Part shown: positions 15,716-23,927 of the stretch, piece by piece
Numbering within the stretch: the first letter of the stretch is position 1
Layout of the letters: every line of letters begins with the position of its first letter
Assembly (NCBI GenBank): GCA_002502215.1
Contig: DAPT01000102.1
Location: 1-53,792, forward strand
From: Euryarchaeota archaeon UBA124
GTDB lineage: Archaea; Thermoplasmatota; Poseidoniia; Poseidoniales; Poseidoniaceae
Direction of reading: 5' to 3'
Length of the DNA: 53,792 nt
Notes under the pieces: generated by a model
The model's database searches: none
The model's input: only the letters and a program-made list of their open reading frames with translations
What the model was told of the DNA's origin: nothing
Program-made: the position numbers and the translations under genes

Positions 15716-16708
15716 TCACGGAGCACCTCCATGACCCAAGTCAATTCGAAGTGGTACTCGAAGAACAGCCACTTCGTCTGGCGATAGCCTGCTAATGAAC
15801 GGCACCTTGTCGGCAGTAAAGCCGGGTGGCATCCATGGTTGAATGAGAACATCGACGAGTGGTTCCATCGACCTGTTTTGTGCACGAACGGTTACTGTCA
15901 CGTTACCATTCCTCATTTCGTACCCGGTCGCGATTGAAAGTTTTCGTGAAAGTGGGATTTCATCGGCACCCTGTCTCCGGTGTGCTTGTATCTCAAATCT
16001 GACCGGAAGATTTCCTCCTGGGCCAATCACTGGAACATCGATAAAGGATGGTTTTGCTTCCCATCCCTCTGGAACAGGGGGCGCAAGACGCATCATTGGA
16101 AGAGGAATATCACCGTCGTTGATGATGCGGACAAGAAGGATGCCGATTTCTCCACCAGCAGGCCATCGTGTATCAACAGAGAGCCAGAAGTGACGGAAAA
16201 GGAACGGGTTGAGCGTCGAAGAGTTGCCTCCAATGAGGTCGTCTACGAGGTACTCGACTTCGGTTGCAGCGTATCCAACATCTCCGATTTCTGCAGCTCC
16301 TGTGGCATTGCGAAGTCGACGGAGTACGTTCTCAACTTCTTCTTCTGCGAGGGCCTTCTCTCGCAACAATCGATGCAGCATTGCAATGCTTCTTCGCAAG
16401 TAAAGGACATCCTCTTCGAGGACGTTGAGGGCTTTTTCAGCCCGACGCACACTCTTTCGAGCACGGCGCAAGCGATGTGTTTCCAAGAACGTCTTTGCCT
16501 GAAGGAGATCGAGTTCTGTGGTAGCAAGGGAGTTGACTTCATCACTCACAACGTTTTGTACGAGGGACTCAAGTTCTCGACTCGCTTGCATCAGTCTTTG
16601 AGCGCTTTCATTGGATGCAGCAATCGCAGCTTGTGCATCGGTGAGATCTCCCTCGCCTAATTCAGAATCCATGATGAAGTCATCTTGCTCAGACTTGCTC
16701 TTCGCCAT
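15716..16708 (-). CDS. Cytoplasmic coiled-coil protein with C-terminal NEW3/CARDB-like beta-sandwich; possible ArlC-like accessory protein
   Basis: No signal peptide or TM helix. Residues about 30-135 are heptad-rich (LESLVQNV..., RRAEKALNVLEEDVLYLRRSIAMLHRLLREKALAEEEVENVLRRL), followed by NPFL. The C-terminal part, IINDGDIPL...PPVPEGWEAKP...GPGGNLPVRFEI, resembles NEW3/CARDB modules. A strong SD (GAGGAGGTGAT) lies 5 nt upstream. Confidence 0.7.
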   Translation of the reverse strand: MAKSKSEQDDFIMDSELGEGDLTDAQAAIAASNESAQRLMQASRELESLVQNVVSDEVNSLATTELDLLQAKTFLETHRLRRARKSVRRAEKALNVLEEDVLYLRRSIAMLHRLLREKALAEEEVENVLRRLRNATGAAEIGDVGYAATEVEYLVDDLIGGNSSTLNPFLFRHFWLSVDTRWPAGGEIGILLVRIINDGDIPLPMMRLAPPVPEGWEAKPSFIDVPVIGPGGNLPVRFEIQAHRRQGADEIPLSRKLSIATGYEMRNGNVTVTVRAQNRSMEPLVDVLIQPWMPPGFTADKVPFISRLSPDEVAVLRVPLRIDLGHGGAP

Positions 16709-19700
16709 TTGGAATCACCTCCTCATTGGTATCCGCACCGTTTTGGTTATCAGAAGTCGCAGTCGATTGCGGTGTGTCGAGGATTGCGGATAAGTCCAAA
16801 CCATCCATTGCAAGGTCATTCAGGAGACGAGCAGGGTCGCCCAAGTCTCGCTCAATTCGCGTTGCTTTCACTTCGATATCGGTGAGTTTTCCGTAGAGCG
16901 AACCGTAGAGCCTGTTCGAACGACGTAAGACGAACCATACAACGATGGTTGAAACGAGGATGTAAGACACGAGTGATATCAGGTTGATTTCATCGGGCGT
17001 CATTTGTGGAGGTAGCCCCAAAACAACACCAATGAACCCGAGCAGAGGCAGACTCAAGATGATGGTGAGTTGTCGGCGTGAATCGGTTAAGGCTTGGAAG
17101 TGGTCAGCGTAGATGGTGGAAATGCCCTTTCGTGCGCGTTGGTAGTCTTCGTGGATGTAGCGGAATTCTTCACTGCTCCGCCATGCCATTCGCCAAACCC
17201 ACAGCGATGCCAAAACGATTGTGACCGGACCCCACCACGTTGCGTCATAGAGATGGAAAAGGAAACCGAGCATGATTGTACCAGAATAGACAGCGCCCAA
17301 ACGGTATTTTTCGTTCTGGTTGGTCAATCCAAGCAAACCAATCGTGATGATCAGAGCGATACCAAATCCTGCAAAAGAGGTTAGTGTCGAAGGTGCACTT
17401 GAATCAACTTCCTGACTGAAATTCAATTCATCGTTTTCAACGAGGTTGTTGAAAGCATAGTCTGAAACAATCCGAACCGAGCATTCAGCATCCCTGCTTT
17501 GTTCCCACCAATCGAGTGTTTCGCCGGTAACCTCCCAGCGAAGAGCCTTGCTTGTTCTCACGTCAAGCACCGGTACATAACTTGGTACATTTTCGATAAC
17601 CATGCCTTCACAAAGAAGTTCGGAATTTATTCCAAATGCAGGAGCAGTCCCCTTGTTTTTCAAGTCGAATTCAAGGAAAGCTGTCTGCCCTTCCATGATG
17701 AAGTCGATTTCCTTCCCAGTCGCATCGACGATTCGTTGCGATTCAGGATCAATCATCGGATCGGCATAGGCATTGAGGGCAAAGCGGAATGTTTCTTCAG
17801 TCACTGGTTCGGCCGGGTCAGGATGGTGAAGGAGCATCTTGATGTCGTATCCATCGCCGGCCATCACGTTTGGATATGGAAGTTTGATGTTGAACAGCAT
17901 GTTGGTTGGGGTGTTCGCAGACAGTTCAGGGAGTTCAATCAATTCACTACCAGGGACGCATGGAGCAGTGAGATTGATGTAATGATCTTCTCCAGGGAGA
18001 TTCGTAAGGGATATGTTCCAGACATAATCTTCTTCCTCAGCATTCTCGATATCGTCGAAATCGAGAATTCGCTCGATGCCACAAAACTCGATTGAATAGG
18101 CAACCGGATCATTGTTGAGGTATGGTATGTGTGAATATGTGATGGGCACATAGACAGGGCTGTCGCTTGCCGGTGCTTCAAGACTCGCTGCGAATCCAAT
18201 ATCAAACAGACGCTTCATCCGAAGGGATGTCATCAGTTCTCCGCTTTCGTCAATATCGACAGCCGTTGGAACGATTGTGACCCGGAGATCTGCAGCGGTT
18301 GTTAAGGTGGTGCTACTGCTGCCTGCTGAGTTCTTGTCGACGCTCACAGTTAACTCGACAGGGACTTGGATTGGAAGGAAGAGTTGGCTCGATGAATCTG
18401 CATTAACAACCCAATCGTCGCTCAATGTGGTTAAACCGGGTGCTCGAACTTCGTAGCCTAAATCCACGGTTACATCCACGTTTCCTGTATTCGTGATGAT
18501 TGCTTTCCAGTTCCTGTTATCTCCCTCATGGAAAAAGTACTCATTTTCCCAACCCTCGATAGTATAAGTGAAGATTGGTGCAACTACCAATTCCACTTTC
18601 TTGAGGGCGTACACTTCATCCGTTACTGAATTGTAGACGGTCAGATTTGCATAGTGGATGGCTCCGTCGAGAAGATTATCTGTTCCATCGAGTGCGGGAA
18701 TATCGATATCGAAAGAGCCGCTGGAGTCTCCATCAATCGGAACTGTGAACGACTGAACAGTAGGTGTCGTGCTCCAACCACCGTCGACTGTAATATTGAT
18801 GTTGACGGTCTCAACAAGGTTCCCTGTGTTGAAAAGACTGAATGGCAGCGTCAGGGTCGTACCTGGAGTAGCAGAGAGTGAGTCGTCTGCGATAAGTTGG
18901 ACATCATGTACCTCAGAGACGTTTGCAACGATGTTGGCTTTGAGCTCGACAAGATCTCCGTTTTCATCGGCCATCGAGACGGTGAGAATCGCCATGTAGA
19001 AGTCGTCTGCGCTAGCATCTGGTGAAGGAACAATGTTGACTCGAACGGAGGATTCATACCCCGCAGCGATGATAATGCTTGAGGAGGAATCGAGTTCAAA
19101 CAACACATCCTCGTATCCGCCGTTATCAAGTTCGATAGAGTAGGTCGTAGGAGCGTTTCCAGTGTTTTCGATGTTGACAAACGCTGAGAGCTGCTCAAAC
19201 GGTGTGATGTCGATTGACTGGTTTGTGGGAGTCAGCGAAGCATTGATTGTTTCGCCGACGCGTATATCCATTGTTTGTTGGCCGATGTAACTACCAGAGT
19301 CAAGATCGTAGTATCGAACGGTCAAAGGCTGGAGGAGTCCAGACGGAGCAAGTGGGTTCGTCTTAACCGTAAGTGTGACCAGGGACAAATGACCTCCACT
19401 TGTTGCAGGATAATCTTCGAAATCACTTGCAAGTTCCAGAATGGTGTTATTAGGACCTGTTGTGGTCAGGTTAGCATACCACCCACTCGGAAGGTTTTCG
19501 ACGATTTCGAGGCGATACGATGAACGGTCGTTTCCTGTGTTTCCAAACGTGAACATGAAGTCTGTGTCCACGCCAACATCTGCATCAAGAGGACCGGTCT
19601 CCGTGATCTCGCCATTGACCACCTTTGGTACAACGATGGAGAGATTTTGCTCGATAACAGGCGAGTATACCGCAGATGAGGTATGGACACCTCCAAGGGT

Positions 19701-21575
19701 GGGCGTGGTTGTGATTGGTATTTTCACAGTTCCTGCCAAAGGAAGTTGGCCTGTTCGACTTTGGATACCAAGCGAAGCGGGGAAGGATTCCCCTAGGGTT
19801 AGTCCTGTCGCTTCTCCAGGAGTAATGGTCGCATTCCATCGGTCTGCCTCGTTAAATCCACCCGATGTAAGCGCTTCGAAGGTGATGTCCCCTACAGTGA
19901 TGTTGGCGTCGATTGTTTCGGAAAGGTCGGAAACAAGATTGTGACGGACTTGAACCTCCAAGGCAAGAATTTCATTCACACCTGTGGAGGCGCCTGCGTT
20001 CATGACATCGTTTTGAGTCAAAACAATGGTGTCAACAGGGAGCCCAGGGTCAACGACAATCGCAGGGCGAACTTCAATCTGGCCTGCGTCCGTGGTAGGG
20101 ATACTGCCAACATCTGCTTGTGCGATGATGTATGCACTGAGACTGTCCCCGGCACGATTGTGTTCAGCGTCGACCAAGGGCAACTGAATTGGCGGGACCT
20201 CAACATGGATGAAGCCTGAAATTGATTCTCCTACTTTCAACTCGCCCGTACTCTCTATGGAGAGGTTGTAATTCCAATTTAGTGCATTCAAGGACAGCCC
20301 AGCTATGAGGTTGAAGTCACCGTCTGCATTGCCCGTGTTTGTAACATTGAAACCTATGGTGTCGGTCTTGCCGGGTAGAACGTACGTTGTATCGTTCGTG
20401 ATGTCTACGGTGGCTTGAAGGAACTCTCCTGCCATGACACGGGTTGTGTCTGAGAGAGGGTATCCACTACCTGACGAGGTCAACGTGAGGGTGACGATGT
20501 CCACAGCCGACTGAAGTGCGCTTTGTGGTACGTCAACAACAACAGAAATGGTTGTTGTTTGTCCGGCAGTTAGGGGGGTTGTCGAGGTGCCGTCCAGTGT
20601 AGTATCTGCCCAGCCCAACGAACTGCTAACGCCAATGTCGAATATGTCTGTTGTTGCGCCTATGTTTTTGATGATGTAGTAGAGCGTGGTTGAGTCTCCG
20701 GGAATGGTGGTGCGATCTGCAGGACCTACCATCTCTGCAATGTAGTCGCTGAAAATCACATCGAATTCAACATGCGTAAATGATTCAGGTCCGGCTGAGC
20801 CGTTGGTCCATACAACCACGGAAACGTTCCATAGTCCTGTCAATATGGATGCCGAAAAACCTGCGCTAAGGACTTCTCCTTGTGCCTCTGAAAAAATAGA
20901 ACCAGGTTCGATGGTTTCGGTGTTAGATGCAGCCCAATGCTCTATTGTCTCTCCGGTTGATGCATTGAACAACACCAAACCCATAACCGCAGAGAATTCC
21001 ATGACGCCATCGTTACGAATTGTTGCATTGAATGTGTGCGATTGACGGTCGAGGAAAACATTGGTGTTTCCTGGCGCTGGAGAGGGGAAATCATCGGATT
21101 CGATAAACGATTTACGATAGGTTTCAACGTCGAAGTCCCATCGATATTCGTTGTTGGCCGTGTTGCCATCGTTGGCCCCGGAAACTCGAGCAAACAACGT
21201 TTGCGATGGTCCGGTTGTAGCTGTCCAACTGAGTAGATAGGTGGTCGTCCCCGAACTTGCAGCCACAGGACCGAGATCAACGGTATCAACGATTTGTTCA
21301 GCGGCGCTTGGAGAACCCTTGTGGACAAGCGACAGGAAGGCACTACCGGTGGAGGTCCCTGCGTTGTCGACATCGACTCGTACGGTATGTGTGCTCGGAG
21401 CGAGAATCAAGCCGGTGCTCGTAGAGACGGACCCTGCCCCATCAAATTCCATGTTGACAACGCGGAAGTCAGGGCCTGCACGACCGCTCGTTGAGGATGC
21501 GTCTGCAAATGGAAGCGCCAAGTGCCCAAGTAGCAAAACAACAAGAAGAAGAGGCAACCCTCTTTGCTTAAACAT
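16689..21575 (-). CDS. Giant surface protein: signal peptide, about ten CARDB/NEW3-like beta-sandwich repeats, five C-terminal TM helices, cytoplasmic acidic tail
   Basis: MFKQRGLPLLLVVLLLGHLALPFADA signal. A recurring xNxGN motif appears roughly every 110-120 aa (VDNAGTS, IRNDGVM, IKNIGAT, VTNTGNA, FGNTGND, IENTGNA, LFNTGNL, ITNTGNV, LKNKGTA), with P.GW motifs (LPSGWYANL). Five hydrophobic segments map to about nt 16920..17390. ATG 21575 lies 6 nt after GGAGGTG. Confidence 0.85.
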   Translation of the reverse strand: MFKQRGLPLLLVVLLLGHLALPFADASSTSGRAGPDFRVVNMEFDGAGSVSTSTGLILAPSTHTVRVDVDNAGTSTGSAFLSLVHKGSPSAAEQIVDTVDLGPVAASSGTTTYLLSWTATTGPSQTLFARVSGANDGNTANNEYRWDFDVETYRKSFIESDDFPSPAPGNTNVFLDRQSHTFNATIRNDGVMEFSAVMGLVLFNASTGETIEHWAASNTETIEPGSIFSEAQGEVLSAGFSASILTGLWNVSVVVWTNGSAGPESFTHVEFDVIFSDYIAEMVGPADRTTIPGDSTTLYYIIKNIGATTDIFDIGVSSSLGWADTTLDGTSTTPLTAGQTTTISVVVDVPQSALQSAVDIVTLTLTSSGSGYPLSDTTRVMAGEFLQATVDITNDTTYVLPGKTDTIGFNVTNTGNADGDFNLIAGLSLNALNWNYNLSIESTGELKVGESISGFIHVEVPPIQLPLVDAEHNRAGDSLSAYIIAQADVGSIPTTDAGQIEVRPAIVVDPGLPVDTIVLTQNDVMNAGASTGVNEILALEVQVRHNLVSDLSETIDANITVGDITFEALTSGGFNEADRWNATITPGEATGLTLGESFPASLGIQSRTGQLPLAGTVKIPITTTPTLGGVHTSSAVYSPVIEQNLSIVVPKVVNGEITETGPLDADVGVDTDFMFTFGNTGNDRSSYRLEIVENLPSGWYANLTTTGPNNTILELASDFEDYPATSGGHLSLVTLTVKTNPLAPSGLLQPLTVRYYDLDSGSYIGQQTMDIRVGETINASLTPTNQSIDITPFEQLSAFVNIENTGNAPTTYSIELDNGGYEDVLFELDSSSSIIIAAGYESSVRVNIVPSPDASADDFYMAILTVSMADENGDLVELKANIVANVSEVHDVQLIADDSLSATPGTTLTLPFSLFNTGNLVETVNINITVDGGWSTTPTVQSFTVPIDGDSSGSFDIDIPALDGTDNLLDGAIHYANLTVYNSVTDEVYALKKVELVVAPIFTYTIEGWENEYFFHEGDNRNWKAIITNTGNVDVTVDLGYEVRAPGLTTLSDDWVVNADSSSQLFLPIQVPVELTVSVDKNSAGSSSTTLTTAADLRVTIVPTAVDIDESGELMTSLRMKRLFDIGFAASLEAPASDSPVYVPITYSHIPYLNNDPVAYSIEFCGIERILDFDDIENAEEEDYVWNISLTNLPGEDHYINLTAPCVPGSELIELPELSANTPTNMLFNIKLPYPNVMAGDGYDIKMLLHHPDPAEPVTEETFRFALNAYADPMIDPESQRIVDATGKEIDFIMEGQTAFLEFDLKNKGTAPAFGINSELLCEGMVIENVPSYVPVLDVRTSKALRWEVTGETLDWWEQSRDAECSVRIVSDYAFNNLVENDELNFSQEVDSSAPSTLTSFAGFGIALIITIGLLGLTNQNEKYRLGAVYSGTIMLGFLFHLYDATWWGPVTIVLASLWVWRMAWRSSEEFRYIHEDYQRARKGISTIYADHFQALTDSRRQLTIILSLPLLGFIGVVLGLPPQMTPDEINLISLVSYILVSTIVVWFVLRRSNRLYGSLYGKLTDIEVKATRIERDLGDPARLLNDLAMDGLDLSAILDTPQSTATSDNQNGADTNEEVIPNGEEQV
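16714..16724 (-). promoter_or_regulatory. Strong Shine-Dalgarno (GAGGAGGTGAT) for the coiled-coil gene, embedded in the last codons of the giant gene
   Basis: Reverse complement GAGGAGGTGAT followed by TCCAA and ATG 16708. The giant ORF continues to its TGA at 16689, giving a 20-nt overlap. Confidence 0.75.
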
Positions 21576-22008
21576 CAGCTGCACCTCCAGCCCGCTCAAA
21601 TCGTTGGATGGTTATGGAGCGACCTTGGGACTTCCAAATTTCGAGAAGTTGATCGAGAAGTCGGTCGTGCTCGTCATCCGAAATACCCAATCTTCGCCGC
21701 TCTTCCCAAAGGAGGAGTTGTTCCGTGCGGGTCAAGAGCGCATCGCGAAGATACAATTCGAGGGTTCGTCGGTAAGCGTCTCTGTCGGATACAGCGTAAA
21801 CAATCGAGTTGCCGGGCAGTTGATCAGCACGGTTTTGGATGAAGTTACCAAGATTCAGTGCTTCATCGTAAGAGATGTTGCGCCGGTCAAGATTGCTTTG
21901 AATCGTCGAAGCGATGCTCTGCAAATCATAGCGAGTTTTCGCTCTCTGGATTTTTTTGAAGTATTTGCGGCTTCGTCGCGTCATGCTTGGAGCCGCCATG
22001 AGTGACAT
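21568..22008 (-). CDS. Small basic helical protein, unknown function (first gene of the chain)
   Basis: Arg/Lys-rich N-terminus (MTRRSRKYFKKIQRAKTRY) and a predicted all-helical body (LTRTEQLLLWEERRRLGISDDEHDRLLDQLL). Its TAA overlaps the giant gene ATG (ATGTTTAA). Start uncertain: TTG 22029, ATG 22008, 21999 or 21984. Confidence 0.5.
   Translation of the reverse strand: MSLMAAPSMTRRSRKYFKKIQRAKTRYDLQSIASTIQSNLDRRNISYDEALNLGNFIQNRADQLPGNSIVYAVSDRDAYRRTLELYLRDALLTRTEQLLLWEERRRLGISDDEHDRLLDQLLEIWKSQGRSITIQRFERAGGAADV
21582..21588 (-). promoter_or_regulatory. Shine-Dalgarno (GGAGGTG) for the giant gene, embedded in the 153-aa gene
   Basis: Reverse complement GGAGGTG followed by CAGCTG and ATG 21575. 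Stop and start overlap as ATGTTTAA (21568..21575). Confidence 0.75.
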
Positions 22009-22065
22009 GCCTAACCGGCAGTTTATCAAACAATTGGAGGAAAAGCGTGAGTTTATTCATAACGC

Positions 22066-22080
22066 ATGAAAATATATGCA
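22066..22080. promoter_or_regulatory. AT-rich, near-palindromic TATA-like element in the divergent spacer between the 153-aa gene and bcp
   Basis: ATGAAAATATATGCA is the only AT-rich block between the two divergent genes. It could serve either or both directions. Confidence 0.3.
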
Positions 22081-22155
22081 GAGTACATCCACTGTTGAAT
22101 CACGCTCTTGTGGTTTGAACCAAGCATTGATGATGTCCAATGCCACCCACAAGTC

Positions 22156-22641
22156 ATGAACAAACCTGTTGATCTAGAAATTGGGTCAAAAAGCCCACTG
22201 TTTTCATGCCTCGACTCTGCTGGAAACACCCATGATCTTGAAGCATACATGAACCAAGGAAAAAAAGTCATTCTGTATTTTTACCCACGCGATTCAACCC
22301 CAGGCTGCACAAACCAAGCATGCAATTTCCGTGACAATATGGCTCGACTTGCAACCGAAGGCTATGTTGTCTTGGGCGTCTCAAAAGGCTCGGAATCCTC
22401 GCATGAGAAATTTATTGCAAAAGAGGAACTCAATTTCCCATTGCTCATGGACATGGACGGACAACTCCACGAAACCTTTGGAACATGGAGAATCAAGAAG
22501 AACTACGGCAAGGAATACCTCGGATGCGTTCGCTCAACGTTTGTCATTGACAGCAACGGCGACATTGCTTGGTGCAGATACAACGTACGTGCAACAGGCC
22601 ACGTCGATATGCTCATGAGAGAACTCGAAATTGTATCGTGA
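22156..22641 (+). CDS. bcp: Peroxiredoxin, Bcp/PrxQ type
   Basis: YFYPRDSTPGCTNQAC: peroxidatic Cys in the PxxxTxxC context plus a resolving Cys five residues later. ATG 22156 (MNKPVDLEIGSKSP) fits family N-termini. The track start 22108 is a TTG. Confidence 0.9.
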   Translation: MNKPVDLEIGSKSPLFSCLDSAGNTHDLEAYMNQGKKVILYFYPRDSTPGCTNQACNFRDNMARLATEGYVVLGVSKGSESSHEKFIAKEELNFPLLMDMDGQLHETFGTWRIKKNYGKEYLGCVRSTFVIDSNGDIAWCRYNVRATGHVDMLMRELEIVS

Positions 22642-22646
22642 GGTGG
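22639..22646 (+). promoter_or_regulatory. Stop-fused Shine-Dalgarno (TGAGGTGG) between bcp and the acetyltransferase gene
   Basis: TGAGGTGG followed by TTCG and ATG 22651. The TGA is the bcp stop. Confidence 0.7.
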
Positions 22647-22650
22647 TTCG

Positions 22651-23118
22651 ATGAACATAGACATTGGAGGCGAACGTATCCAGTTGTCAACCACATCATG
22701 TGCCTACAAACCTTGCTACATTGGAAAAAATCTCAACATCGGCGAGAACGTATCCATCGGATCGATGTGCCATATTGGAAGAAACGTGACCATCGGAGAC
22801 AATTCCAATATCCAAGGTTCGAACTACATCGCCGACCAAACCATCGTCGGAGTTTCTGTGTTTATCGGGCCAAACTCTACAATCCTGAACGATAAGTATC
22901 CCCCGTCGGGCGATGCCGCAAGATGGTCACCCGTTACAATTCACAATAATGCAATCGTTGGCGGAGGCTGCACCATATTGCCGGGGGCAAGCGTAGGAGA
23001 AGCTGCTGTACTCGGAGGAGGTTCTGTTCTGACCAAGCCATTACCACCCGGCGAGGTTTGGGCCGGCAACCCGGCAAAATTTCTTATGAAAAGGGAAGAT
23101 TACGACAACAAGGAGTAA
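22651..23118 (+). CDS. Left-handed beta-helix (hexapeptide repeat) acyl/acetyltransferase
   Basis: Tandem hexapeptide repeats (IGENVSIGSMCHIGRNVTIGDNSNIQG..., VGGGCTILPGASVGEAAVLGGGSVL) and the C-terminal GNPAKFL typical of sugar O-/N-acetyltransferases. Confidence 0.85.
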   Translation: MNIDIGGERIQLSTTSCAYKPCYIGKNLNIGENVSIGSMCHIGRNVTIGDNSNIQGSNYIADQTIVGVSVFIGPNSTILNDKYPPSGDAARWSPVTIHNNAIVGGGCTILPGASVGEAAVLGGGSVLTKPLPPGEVWAGNPAKFLMKREDYDNKE

Positions 23119-23123
23119 TCGCT

Positions 23124-23927
23124 ATGGAAGGGAAGGCCCACGTTGTATCGTTTCTCAAAAAATGCATCGATTATGCCAATGCATCCATCAAACGGAAACA
23201 AAAGCGGGGCGAAATCGACGACATCTCAAGATGGGAAGCGTATCGCGATTTTACTGAACACGCCTTGATGGAGGTTGAGGCAGGAGAACTCGATCGATGG
23301 TTCCCTCCCCAACCAGACCTTCTCGGAGAAAAGGACGTTACATCCGTCGATCTTTCATCACTCACGCATGAAATGCGCTCCGCTTGGCTCACAAATCTTG
23401 CAAGTCCCCGGCCTCTCGCTCTCATTGGTACATCATCGGAAGAAGGAGAACACAACCTTGCGCCTTACACCTCGATGTCGGTTGTATCAAATTCACCTCC
23501 GCTCGCAGTCGTATCCCTCTCTGCGAACCGTCACGATCGGTGGCGCGACACCCTCATCAATCTCAAGCAAACAAAACAGGCGGTTCTCAATTTCCTCCCA
23601 GCTTCGGAAAAGGCGGTTAAGGTCGTCGAGCAAACTGCGCAACCACTCGATTATGGGACAAGTGAATGGGATGAATTCTCAGTGGAAGGACTGCCGTCAA
23701 ACTCTTTGGTCATGAAAGAGGCAGCGTTTGCGATTCTTGGGCAAGTGATTCAAGAGATTGACTTGGTTGAAGGAAAGGCAAAACTGGTTGTCCTCAAACT
23801 TTCAGAAGTACTTGTTCCAGGAAAGTTCGAAGCCGATCAACCAGCGCATATTCTCTGCCAACATGGTTTAAACAAACTCATGGCAACGCCAACTGAATGG
23901 CATCACAACATTGACCGAAGTGTTTGA
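23124..23927 (+). CDS. Flavin reductase-like FMN-binding domain protein with N-terminal extension
   Basis: PLALIGTSSEEGEHNLAPYTSMSVVSNSPPLAVVSLS matches the core of the flavin-reductase-like split-barrel domain. ATG 23124 is preceded by AAGGAG (23110..23115). Confidence 0.65.
   Translation: MEGKAHVVSFLKKCIDYANASIKRKQKRGEIDDISRWEAYRDFTEHALMEVEAGELDRWFPPQPDLLGEKDVTSVDLSSLTHEMRSAWLTNLASPRPLALIGTSSEEGEHNLAPYTSMSVVSNSPPLAVVSLSANRHDRWRDTLINLKQTKQAVLNFLPASEKAVKVVEQTAQPLDYGTSEWDEFSVEGLPSNSLVMKEAAFAILGQVIQEIDLVEGKAKLVVLKLSEVLVPGKFEADQPAHILCQHGLNKLMATPTEWHHNIDRSV

Noticed and set aside
15980-16660. 226-aa plus-strand ORF antisense to the coiled-coil gene
   Set aside because: Shadow ORF of a heptad-rich, GC-balanced gene. 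No start context and a low-complexity translation.
21241-22005. 254-aa ORF on the plus strand, antisense to the N-terminus of the giant gene and to the 153-aa gene
   Set aside because: The translation is Ser/Arg/Pro-rich with no motifs, and there is no SD or TATA in front. It is fully antisense to two ORFs that have strong SD/overlap signals and sensible protein features. This is typical of a shadow ORF.
22036-22050. Plus-strand GGAGGAAAAGC followed by GTG as a small ORF start in the divergent spacer
   Set aside because: The reading frame closes after about 20 codons, and it lies within the likely promoter region of two real genes.
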